Positions 1 through 11,221 of a stretch of 64,000 bases of DNA are shown here, piece by piece; the first letter of the stretch is position 1, and each line of letters opens with the position of its first letter. The stretch is taken from positions 296,823 to 360,822 of the forward strand of contig NMRA01000300.1 of the NCBI GenBank assembly GCA_002633005.1, written 5' to 3'. The translations under genes were made by a program, and so were the position numbers. Below the pieces are notes generated by a model. The model saw only the letters and a program-made list of their open reading frames with translations. It was not told the DNA's origin and ran no database searches. The DNA comes from Phoronis australis. Its lineage: Eukaryota; Animalia; Phoronida.

Positions 1-463
1 GAAGACTCATCAAAATGCTTGTGTTAAATACACCCGTATTAGTCTTATTATGTCCACGGTATTAAAGAGGTCAATAACGGACATACTGAAAGACTACAAA
101 TCCACACTGGTGTCTATAACTACAGTAAATTTGAAATCAAAAATATTTTCCGGCTTTTCATTCACAGCTTTACATACTCAAAATCATGTGTGCTCAATAA
201 ACACAGGCAGTTTTGCTTGACCTTTGAACTTATGGTAAAGATTTTCTATATGAATTCATTTTTGTCTTACATTTCTGTGGATTCGCATGGATGTTATGTT
301 GAGAATTCATATTAACACTTCATACAATTTGTAGGTAAGGTTAATTGTAAAAATTCATTAAGAAATGTTATCATTAAGAAATTATAAATGATCAAACATT
401 CATTCGCTGCCTTTTCGCAATCCATCGTTATTGTTTCAAACTATCTGTTGCTCATTTGTGTAG

Positions 464-679
464 TGTGCTGAAGAGAAAGAGACTCGTGACCTAGTTAGAC
501 AATATGGCGGACTGGACCCGTTGGTTTACCTACTTAATAATACGGACAACAAGGAACTGTTGGCGGCGGCCACAGGTGCCATCTGGAAATGTGCCATCAG
601 TCCTGAAAACGTGATGCGTTTCCAAGAACTGAAAGCCATAGACCTATTGGTAGCGCTGCTGAATAACCAACCAGAAGAG
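464..679 (+). CDS. ARMC4: ARMC4 exon ([21 protein letters not shown]...NNQPEE)
   Basis: tag acceptor at 461-463, gtgagt donor at 680; 216 bp, phase 0-0. Confidence 0.9.
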
Positions 680-3600
680 GTGAGTGACTGGATCTTGACA
701 CTGCTGCCATCTGTTGAGTTAATCTGACAATGAGTCTGTGAGATTTTCAGTTCAGTGGGATCACTGCGTCAGCGGCTTTTCAAAGATTAAGTGTTAAGTG
801 ATTAATACTGGTTGTCTAGAAATTGAAACCGTTAGAATATGTTGTAACTTCCTTTTATGCTTTCTATTGGGTGTATGTTGTCTCACAGTATTCTATGACT
901 ATCACAGTATTCCATGACTCGCAATATCATGTTACTCACACAGTATTTTGTGACTCGCACAGTATTTTGTGACTCACACAGTATTCTGCGACTCACACAG
1001 TATTCTGCGACTCACAGTATTGCACGACTCGCACAGTATTCTGCGACTCACAGTATTTTATGACTCATAGTATTGTGTGACTCTCATGGTATTGTGTGAC
1101 TCTCACAGTATTGTATGACTTACACAGTATTTTTGATTGACTTGATAAGCACCCTGACAATCATGACATAGAAGTAAGTGATTTTTATACTTTGAATTTG
1201 ATTATTTTGTTTTTGCGTTATTTTTTGTGACTGCACCTTTTTCATTTTATAAATTTTCTTTACAGCACAGGGTCAACAGTTTTGCTTGTCATGTTTTTGC
1301 TGTGTAAAATGCATGAATAAATTGGTATTCATAACATGTAAAAGTTTGGGAACTTGAATGTGTATTTTGTGTTTTTTACGTTGTTGAAACATGTTTGAAA
1401 ATTCACTATACTATTATTCCAGCTAAGTAATTATACAGCCTGTGTTTTTAAATAACTTCAACTAGATGTGAGTTTTGTTCTCAATATTTCCAGTTTTAAT
1501 TGATTGCTTTCTGTTGTGGAGACTGCAACACTTTTTTAGTTTGTGCTTATTCCCCTTTTGTCTGCACTCAACCACTGGAGAGCAAGAGGTGGGAGTCACG
1601 GGTACGGGGCAAGGGGTGGAAGGCAAAGGAAGGGGGCAAAGGGTGGAAAGCAATGGTGTGGGGCAAGAGGTGGAAGGCAAGGGGTGGGGAGGGCAAAGGG
1701 TGAGAGGCAAGGGTGGGGAGCAAGGGGTTGCTGTGGAAACAAATTGAAAAATTGTTGAAAATGTCTTACCACTTGACTTTAGGCCACTTTCTGTCTATTA
1801 TAATAATAAAAAGAAATGTCACCAGATATTAAAAACTGTAGGTTTTTTTTAATTTGGAAGAAAATAGTTTGGACCATAAATTCAACTACTAAAAATTTTT
1901 ACCCTAATTGCTTACCTTTGTGACAAACCGTCGCTGCTGTAAATAATGTGGGTCATCAATTTTCTGTAGGTTTTAGTCAACGTAGTCGGAGCTCTGGGCG
2001 AGTGTGCACAAGAACCAGCCAACCGCTCGCAAATCCGTAAATGTGGTGGAATCTCTCCATTGGTCAATCTGTTGACGGGAACCAATCAGGCACTGCTGGT
2101 CAATGTGACTAAAGCTGTGGGAGCGTGTGCCGAGGAACCAGACAACATGGCGTAAGTAGAACATGATTGCGGCCAGCTGCAAAAATTAAAACATTTTATG
2201 TTGCCTTAAAACTGTATTATCACTTCGTATTTCCTTGTGAAAATGATGAGTGATTGGTAAAACAACACAACTTGTCTCAAGTAAAAGAAATCATAATTAA
2301 ATTATTCACTTACTTAATAATGCAAAGTGNCCTTTGTGACAAACCGTCGCTGCAGTAAATAATGTGGGTTATCAATTTTCTGTAGGTTTTAGTTAACGTA
2401 GTAGGAGCTCTGGGCGAGTGTGCACAAGAACCAGCCAACCGCTCGCAAATCCGTAAATGTGGTGGAATCTCTCCATTGGTCAATCTGTTGACGGGAACCA
2501 ATCAGGCACTGCTGGTCAATGTGACTAAAGCTGTGGGAGCGTGTGCCGAGGAACCAGACAACATGGCGTAAGTAGAACATGATTGCGGCCAGCTGCAAAA
2601 ATTAAAACAAAACATTTTATGTTGCCTGAAAACTGTATTATCACTTCGCATTTCATTGTGAAAATGATGAGTGATTGGTAAAACAACACAAATTGTCTCA
2701 AGTAAAAGAAATCATAATTAAATTATTCACTTACTTAATAATGCAAAGTGCATCCAGGCTCTTTTCCAAATTCTTCTGCTCCGTTCACCAGTTAGTTCAT
2801 TCTACTCATCTTGTCATCTGACAGATTTCAGATCGAGCCCTCATGAAAGTTGAGCTCTCTCTATGTTGTGGTTAACATTCTGCTTTACCAGGGACTACAG
2901 TGATCCCCAGTAAACGCAAAAATATAAATTTGAGTCAGAAGTTTTTCTTCTTTGTTCAGTTTTTCAATCATTTAATGAACTGTAGTTGTTGTAGAGAGGA
3001 TGTATCAAACTGCAGTATATGGGGATGATCATGTATCAAACTGCAGTATATGGGGATGACCATGTATCAAACTGCAGTATACAGGGATGATCATGTATCA
3101 AACTGCAGTATACAGGGATGATCATGTATCAAACTGCAGTATACAGGAATGACAGTAATTTTATTTTCCATATTGTAACTCTTGTTCTGGCAAGATCATT
3201 TCAAATAATTTTCCAGCAACATTTTGAACATATGCCAGTCTCAGTGTATATGATCTTATTGACCTGTGATGTATATAAGGTTATATGTAGGATCTTATGG
3301 ACTTGCAAAAGTGAAAATTTTTAAAACAAATCCTAAAAGCGTTTTGGAGAGTAGTGTGTAAAGCATAATATCAGACAGTTTCATATGAATCTTATCAGTC
3401 GTTTCTGAGATATCATTTTCCAAATTAGCCAAATTTTGGACATAATCTAATCTCGATTTACTTTCTTTTTTCCAGGAACATTGATCGACTAGACGGTGTT
3501 CGACTGCTGTGGTCACTGTTAAAGAACCAGAATCCAGAGGTTCAAGCCAGCGCTGCCTGGGCAATATGCCCATGTATAGAAAATGCCAAGGTGAGGCGCT

Positions 3601-6600
3601 GCCTATAGTATCTAGTGTGAGGCCAGTGTCAGCACATGGTTAGCTCAATAAAAACCAATGGTCTGATATAACATGCTCATATTTTGAGAACCAGTTTGAT
3701 GCCTGCATGGTACTTATAGTGTACAAAGCTGGTTCTCGAAATTGGGACACGTTATATCAAACCATTATTACCCAATAAAATACACAAAGAATTGATTGTC
3801 TAAGAATCATTTCAGCAACACATTTCTTTTCCTTGATGACATTAGCCTCGAATGAATCACAGGAACAACTTGACATTTTATTTTCAAATGTAAGGTGAAT
3901 TTTACTATGGTACTTTGTGTCGTCGCAGCTCATGACATAAAAGAGCGTCTCAATCTGTTGCCAGGTATAAGTTAACTCTGCATCATTCTACTTCCACAGG
4001 ATGCTGGTGAGATGGTGCGTAGTTTTGTGGGTGGTCTGGAGCTCATCGTCAGCTTGCTTAAGTCGGAAGAGCCTGAGGTTTTGGCCAGTGTATGTGCTGC
4101 CATAGCCAACATTGCCAAGGATGAAGAAAATCTGGCCGTTATTACTGACCACGGTGTTGTGCCAATGTTGGCCAAACTCACTGACACGGTAAGTGGACTG
4201 TGAACATCCACTCTGTCTTACATGACACACTAAGTGCACTGTGATCATGCCACTCTGTCTTAACATGACGTACTCCTAAGTTTGAGATGGGATGTCTTGT
4301 ACCAGTTACAGAGACTAAAAGGCCATCAACCAATATTACATGGATACAGTGTATATGTGTAGCTGGGGTCAGCAGCACTAATAGCGGGGGACCAGGGTGT
4401 GACTGCATGAAGGGCTGGCATCTATAAATTAGTACTACATTCTAGACTTGGTCCTTTGTGCAGGCAAATTTCATGAAATGACCTGAGATTGATCAGTTCA
4501 CCAGTAGACCCTACAGTATGTGAATTCCAGATATTCAGAAAAAGTCCTCGAAAACCTGGAAAAGTTCAATGGGAAATTTAATGTAAGCATGATAAGATCA
4601 TTTAAGAAAAATTGCCAACAAAAAGATTGCTCACGTTTACTTATGAAGTTCTACTTACAGCACCAAGAACTTAGTACTGTACTTAGTACCGTACTTAGTA
4701 CCGTTGATTAGGTGAAGACTCAAAGTATGCGTGAAGCAATAGTCTTAAGCTATTCCGTCTAACTTCCCAATTCAATTACAATATCAAGATACCATAGGGA
4801 GTATTAAGTAGTGGGAAGACATCTGTTGGCATTTGTGAGAACTACGAGTTGCAATCTATCCATGCATGCTTCACTGATTATAACTCACACAGAGAACCAA
4901 GTAATTAACCCCTTATAATAACCTCCAATTTGGATGCCCACACACGCAGAACCCAAGAGGAATGTCCAAATCTCAAAAACAGACAATAGTATTTTCATTT
5001 GAAATTTTCAGATGCTATGCTTTTAATGCGCAGTTCTCCAAAACAGCGAGAATTGTATTTAAAAAGTTTCATATTTACATGAAGGCCTATCAGAATGGGC
5101 CTTTATGATTTTTATGGAATAAAGTAAATAATAGCGAAAAAGATAATTTTGACTTAGCCTTGTATATTTTCCATTAGATTTTATCACGTTATGGATGCCA
5201 TTGCCATATATGTATTTATATGCAAACGAGTCAGACCATCATAATTTTGTTACCAGCATGTGCAGGAGGCATGCTGATAACATTACCATAGCAACCACCA
5301 CCCTCATCACTGGGTTATCAAAACTGATGACCAATACTTATAGATATTGTGTGGTAATATAGCTTGCTGTGATAGTTTTGGCATGAAGTGTGCAGACAGA
5401 AGTGATGTAGTAAGAAAATTGTTTCACGAGACACAAATGTGAATACCTCCATTAGAAGCCATATCACACTGTCCAAAGTTGCTATGACATGCGAGGTTAT
5501 TCCTCCTCCAAAATGTTCAAGATTTAATGACGTGCTTCGCGCGATAATTTATGGTGTAAATGGTCAGAGTTGGGCCAACTACATCGTACACGTACACTAC
5601 AGTGAGGCAACAGTTGGGCCAACTACATCGTACACGTACACTACAGTGAGGCAACAGTTGGGCCAACTACATCGTACACGTACACTACAGTGAGGCAACA
5701 GTTGGGCCAACTACGTTGTACACTTACACTACAGTGAGGCAACAGTTGGGCCAACTACGTTGTACACGTACACTACAGTGAATTCCATAGTTGCGCCAAC
5801 TATATGTTGTACACGTACACTACAGCAAGGCTACAGTTGGGCCAACTATGTTGTACATAAACACTAGTACAGTGAATCAACAGTTAGGCATTCCTGGTAT
5901 AATTGCTGAATGTACACATGCGAGTGAGTCCCTGAGTAATGATGTCAAGTGCACCTCAACTTACAGCCCTTTTCAATCAGGTCTCCTAAGGTTGAATTTG
6001 ATTGGCCGATTATAGGCCAAGCATGAACACTGAATCACCTCTTAACTCTTAAGTGTTTATTCTAGAAGCATAATGTATTCTGGTCGGTAGTTGTTTTGAA
6101 ATTCATGTAGTAATATCTAGGTACTTTTACTCAGATTTATTTTTTCAAAAACTGTTGCTGACGGGAATAGGGTTACTATGTTGAGCAGCCTATGCCCCAC
6201 ATGTGGGTTGAGGAAACACCTGTCACCAGTTGCCCCACACGTGGGTTGAGGAAACGCGTGTCGTAGTGCACGTTATTCAATGTGACAGTTAAATGTATAC
6301 AACCATCTGCATAATCATGCACAATAATGGTAAATATGAATAGATTCATGCAACATTTGATTTTTTTTCATCAAAGTCTTATTTTTTGACAGTCACTCAT
6401 ACACAAGTTAAATATTTTAAAAACAATTCTGAACAGTGTTGTGGAAAACATCAAATCAAGCAATTGGTATCTGAATGTTTCATATTTGTGGGATCCACAA
6501 ATGTTTTCAAAATCCAATGATTACTGGAGGTGTCTGTTATTGATGGCAAGGCATCACTTAATGTTGTCTGGTAATGACAAAAAGATAGGAGCCTAATACA

Positions 6601-7772
6601 GTACATCTCATGCTAGACTAATTCATGTAAAGCGAGGATATTGAAAATAAGGATATTTGGCAGAATATGATGTGGGCATGTGCTTTCTTTTTTACAGCAT
6701 CAAAAATGAGTTGGGTCCAGAGCTGAATCAAATCGTGTTTTTTTGACATTATTGAGTCCACATGGCTCTGCAGAAGTGTGCAAGGAGCTTGACATCCAGA
6801 ACACATTTATACTCTTTGTCCAAGACTGATTGATACATTTTATTTCAGAATGACGACAGACTTAGAAAAAATTTGGCCGAAGCCATCGCACGTTGCTGCA
6901 GCTGGGGCAACAACAGGATAGCGTTCGGTAAAGAGGGTGCAGTGGCACCCCTCTACAACTATCTCAAGTCTAAAGACCCTGCTGTTCACCGATCAACTGC
7001 TAAAGCACTCTTCCAGCTGTCCAAAAACCCAGACAACTGCATAACTATGCACGAGGCTGGCGTTGTCAAGGTAATAGTCCCCTCTTTCTTTTATTATGGC
7101 AACCACTTGCGTTGTTCATCTGTTTCATTTTCTTGCATAGCCGCATAGGGTGATTTCATAATTGTTGGAATAAAACTTTACCCCAGTAATAAACTGTCAT
7201 TAGTTTCCTAGCTCGTAGTAAGTCGTGGGAAGATTCCTTTCATGAAAATTTTTTCAGCAGTCACATTCCACCAGTTGTAAATATAATGATCTTTCAAAAA
7301 TACAATTGGAATTAAATCTCGACTGTGATCAGGATTATATTGTTTATTATTCATATTGTTTATCATTCAACAGTCTCTATTGCTTCATATAAACTTGGCT
7401 TTGTACACAATAAGTCTTAAGAGTCAAGTATTGAACTGGGTACAGCAATTCATTCAGATTTCCAGTTGAAGGCCACAATGCACCCTACTGTGTAACCTCC
7501 AATTTACCTAATGTACCATGTAGTGTACCCTCCAATGTACCCAATGTACCAGGATGTGTAAAGATTTTTTCCTGAAATCAATAAGCCAGGTTCTCATTTG
7601 ACCCCCATTGAAGTTAGTCCTTAGTCGCCACAGATTTTTAAATGTACCTTTATTTCAGCCACTCGTAGAAATGGTGGGTTCCAGCGACGAAGTATTACAA
7701 GTGGCAGCAGCTGGCTGCATCGGCAATATCCGACGACTCGCACTGGCCAATGAGAAAGCTAAATACTCATAG
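464..7772 (+). CDS. ARMC4: Armadillo repeat-containing protein 4 / outer dynein arm docking subunit, 3' portion (gene starts upstream of the window); join 464-679, 1970-2151, 3476-3590, 4000-4188, 6849-7070, 7659-7772
   Basis: Six GT-AG exons join in phase to 345 aa of ARM repeats. Recognised ARMC4/ODAD2 motifs: [58 protein letters not shown], and the C-terminus [15 protein letters not shown]. Confidence 0.93.
883..1132. repeat. 17-19 bp minisatellite (cacagtattctgtgact)n
   Basis: Direct tandem units visible. Confidence 0.85.
1580..1730. repeat. G/A-rich degenerate repeat (ggggcaagaggtggaaggcaa-like)
   Basis: Purine-rich tandem units with many GGG(G) runs. Confidence 0.7.
1970..2151 (+). 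CDS. ARMC4: ARMC4 exon ([19 protein letters not shown]...EPDNMA)
   Basis: tgtag acceptor, gtaagt donor; 182 bp; ARM repeat sequence. Confidence 0.88.
2386..2567 (+). CDS. ARMC4: Second copy of the same ARMC4 exon (likely alternate-haplotype assembly duplicate)
   Basis: Near-identical to 1970-2151 with only synonymous changes (gtc>gtt, gtc>gta); the duplicated block begins immediately after the N at 2330. Confidence 0.6.
3000..3148. repeat. ~31-bp tandem repeat x5 (gatcatgtatcaaactgcagtatacagggat)
   Basis: Direct tandem units. Confidence 0.9.
3476..3590 (+). CDS. ARMC4: ARMC4 exon ([38 protein letters not shown])
   Basis: Polypyrimidine tract + ccag acceptor, gtgagg donor; phase matches the previous exon. 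Confidence 0.92.
4000..4188 (+). CDS. ARMC4: ARMC4 exon ([22 protein letters not shown]...KLTDT)
   Basis: acag acceptor, gtaagt donor; 189 bp. Confidence 0.92.
5567..5888. repeat. 44-bp tandem repeat x~7 (cagttgggccaactacatcgtacacgtacactacagtgaggcaa)
   Basis: Direct tandem units. Confidence 0.9.
6849..7070 (+). CDS. ARMC4: ARMC4 exon ([27 protein letters not shown]...EAGVVK)
   Basis: ttcag acceptor, gtaata donor; 222 bp. Confidence 0.92.
7659..7772 (+). CDS. ARMC4: ARMC4 terminal coding exon ([37 protein letters not shown])
   Basis: ttcag acceptor, TAG at 7770-7772; matches the known ARMC4 C-terminus. Confidence 0.92.
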   Translation, partial: PLVEMVGSSDEVLQVAAAGCIGNIRRLALANEKAKYS

Positions 7773-8156
7773 GCATTTGAATATTAATCCGTACTGGTTA
7801 TTTCATATAATAGGACAAGAACGATTCAGTTACTATAACTACCTGTATTTGCCCAATCAGCAGGTTTAATGTTAAGGAAAGCTGGTAGAATTCTAAGACT
7901 ATTACATGTGCGAGATGTTAGTCATTCCTGGTGTACGTAAACCATTAATGTTTCTGTGTGATGTGTTCAAGGATCATCAGATGTCGTCATGGCAACAATC
8001 AGCATCATTCCACCTTCATGGCAGATGCTCATTCTGTTTTATTGCATTCCGTAACAAGAATTTGTTTCAACACCAAAAATTGTTGATTTCCATAGTCTAT
8101 GTACAGTGTTATTCACTTGTGAAACGTTTTACTTGTATAGGATTTATTTAAAATTT

Positions 8157-8171
8157 AATAAATAAAATAAA
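8157..8171 (+). terminator. Clustered AATAAA polyadenylation signals for ARMC4
   Basis: Overlapping AATAAA hexamers ~390 bp after the stop, followed by a T-rich tract. Confidence 0.55.
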
Positions 8172-11155
8172 ACTCGCTTTATTTTTGAACTATTTTTTTT
8201 TGAAAAGTATTTATTTGGTGGATCACAAACTTTCTTCAGACGGTTAATTCTCCAGACAAGTTTTCATCTTATTTACCGACTTAACAGCAATTCTCAGTTT
8301 TATAAAATTCACAATTACTTCAAAGAAATCAGAAAAAATTATTGTCCCAGTAAGCAAAAAGTATCACTCTTAAGATTAGATCAAAGATTTAATAAAAGTA
8401 AAAATTAAATAAAATTGCAATTCTGCTATAAAACAAAGTCAACTTGTCCAATGTTTGCCATTTGTACCCAGGTAAAAAATAAACCTTAATAAAATTTTTC
8501 AAGCTGGTATTCCAGTAGAGATTTACCGGACATCCGCAAGTAAACTGTGTTCCCTTAAAGTGGGCATAGACGTGTTGCCTTCTATTAAAACAGGACTAGA
8601 TTCAGACTACCTGCAGCTGTGCAACTGATCTCGATTTGAAACGATCACTTAATCTCGCAATTAGTGACCAAAATTTATAAGACTTAATAAGTGATTTGTA
8701 TCAGCAATCCTAGGACCTATGGTACAACCTCGCTAAAAAGCAAAACTGCGACATGACGCCAGATAATTGCTGTGTATTTCAAATGATTTTGGTATGACTT
8801 TTCTAGCCGTGAAACAACTGAACTCGGAAGTTATGGTTTTACTTATAGCTGGGCTTATAGCAACTTTAAACAGATTCCTCTTGACAGAGTCCATGGACTT
8901 ACGCAAGGCCAGGGGTTAATGAATTTAATTTAATGAAGATATGAGGTAGTAGAACACACAACGGTCCAAGTTGCAGGTTTCTCATAGAAATATTCAATCT
9001 TTGTACAGTCCAATCTCTTTATTATATAACCTTGACAATCACAACATTGACAAACTCGGACAATTGTCTATAGAACATCTCTGGCCAGCAATATATCATT
9101 CCAGATGGAACTAGCCAAAATGAGAAGGGGTGGAGGCCATTCATTGAATGCTGTTACCAACCATTACGACTGCGGCCATTTTCCTTACAATCTTTGATAA
9201 TTGAATAACCACCTCACCACTACATTAGACCCCACATAAATCTTATCTTCCTTATCTCTACACTAACTTAGTAATAGCATTATCTCATACTCCAGCTCAG
9301 CTCGTCTATTTCCAACAGAATTACACACTAATTTGCAAGAGTCAACCAGCGCATACTAGAGCCTAGTAGCATCGACAGCTTAATAGCATTGACAGTCTAG
9401 GAGTGTTGATAACCTAGCACAATAAGTAAACTGCTGCAAGCAGTGTTATACTATGTTCAAGTTGGATAAATTTGGTCACGATATTCGAAAGACTGGATCT
9501 ACAAGCCTGCACCTTTAGATAATATAGATAATTGTAAGAAAAATATATAGACTTAATTTATCGCAAAATTCATCACCCTCTTCACAACACCAAAACTCCA
9601 GAAAAACATTTTCCAAAACAATAAACCTTATATAGCTTACTTGACACCAAATGACAAGGTTATATGATTCCAAACTACAACTGTCAATTCACAACAACCT
9701 CACCATTACCAATCAGTTGTCCAGCCCACAAAGTGCATACAAAACACCAATATACAATTTGACAGATAGTAAAATATACACTCACTCTAATTAGTAAATA
9801 GACATGAAAATTACAGCTTCGAAAACAGTAACTGTTGAGACAGTGGAAATTTTGTCTTTTCTAAATGATATTTTCAAATGACAATAAAATCATTTGAAAC
9901 GGATTAAAATCAATTTGCCAATCAACGACATCTATTGCACTACTTGAACTATGAAGAGTAATGAATTACTGAACCTTGAAAATACTGTGACTACTCTTGT
10001 ATTTCATTGCCAGTAGCTTGAGTTCACTCACACCACTTCAGAATGTTTGCTCAGACAGCCACTATACCTTGTCATAATTTGGTTGATGATTAGCACGAGC
10101 AAGATGGCATGAGAGGAATATTCCAAATAACTGTATTAGAAAAGGAGACAGCATGATGCATTAGAATAAAGAAGCAAACAGTGACACCTGCAGGGTTTCC
10201 ACGCAAACACACACATCCAGGCTTTGCACACATTGAACAGACAACAAGCCAGCCAAGGCCATCTACCATTGGTCACCAACTGAGAGTCCAACTTACGTTC
10301 AGTAAGACTCGTCGGCAAGTGTGAGAACCAAGATGGTGGCTACAGGCAAAATAGCGGAGAGTGACTGGTAGAATAACAGAAGATGTAAAGGCGTACAACG
10401 CACGGTTTGGTGGGAACATGAACCGGAAAGGAAAAGTGAATGGGTTAGTTTTCTGAAATAAAGAAATTATTGTAACAGAAAGCGCTGAAACAAGTAGTTG
10501 TGAATACATTGCGAACAGGAACAGCAAGACCAAGAGAACACAGGTGACGGGTGTAATTGGAATATTAAGGGGTGTTGGGACGGCACTCACATGGAAACTG
10601 TCAAGCTAAACATACAGGAAATGAGATGGGCAGTGCAAGCTAGGCCAACCCACATTCAGAAGATGAGGGAGATAACTCCAACCAAGTGCACATGAGGGTC
10701 ACAAGCATACGATAACCGGTCGTCATATAGAACGCAGGAGAATCAAGCTTAATGCTCACTAATTTGAAGTTTACGCTAAATATTCTCCAGTTTGTAACAA
10801 TGAGAATGTAATGATTGAACTCAAGGTCATACCTTGAACTCAAGGTCAGAACTTGTGCTAAATTTTAGAAATAGGTAATTATGGCCGTCCCAAATTCTGT
10901 CAAGTCTCATACTTGAAATTTATACGAGGGAACATCGAAGACGTACATGTTTCAATCATCAGAATCAAGAAATTCCAGTGTTTGCTCAAACAACAACGTC
11001 CAAATTTTAGAGATTGTTCAAACTGGAGAACTCTTACTGTAATTTGAAATATGGATACTAGATTTCATATACTAAATAGCATTCCTAAAATTTGATAAAG
11101 TGTCAACAGGTAGAACTCCTGGAGTGAGGATGTCACATGTAACAGTGGCGCCACC

Positions 11156-11221
11156 TTATGCCACTTCGTAGCCACTCTTTATGTTCCGTGCCAAGCAGCA
11201 AGCGAAGATGATACCAACGAT
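11156..11221 (-). CDS. CD63: CD63 coding exon 6 (IVGIIFACCLARNIKSGYEVA*)
   Basis: gcag acceptor; FACCL palmitoylation cysteines and GYEV tail; TAA stop. Confidence 0.92.
   Translation of the reverse strand: MVGIIFACCLARNIKSGYEVA

Noticed and set aside
1462-1758. Overlapping Pro-rich and Gly-rich ORFs
   Set aside because: They arise from a low-complexity G/A-rich intronic repeat.
1970-2567. Mutually exclusive exon pair in ARMC4
   Set aside because: The proteins are identical, the intronic flanks are near-identical, and the junction is exactly at an N; an assembly overlap is more parsimonious.
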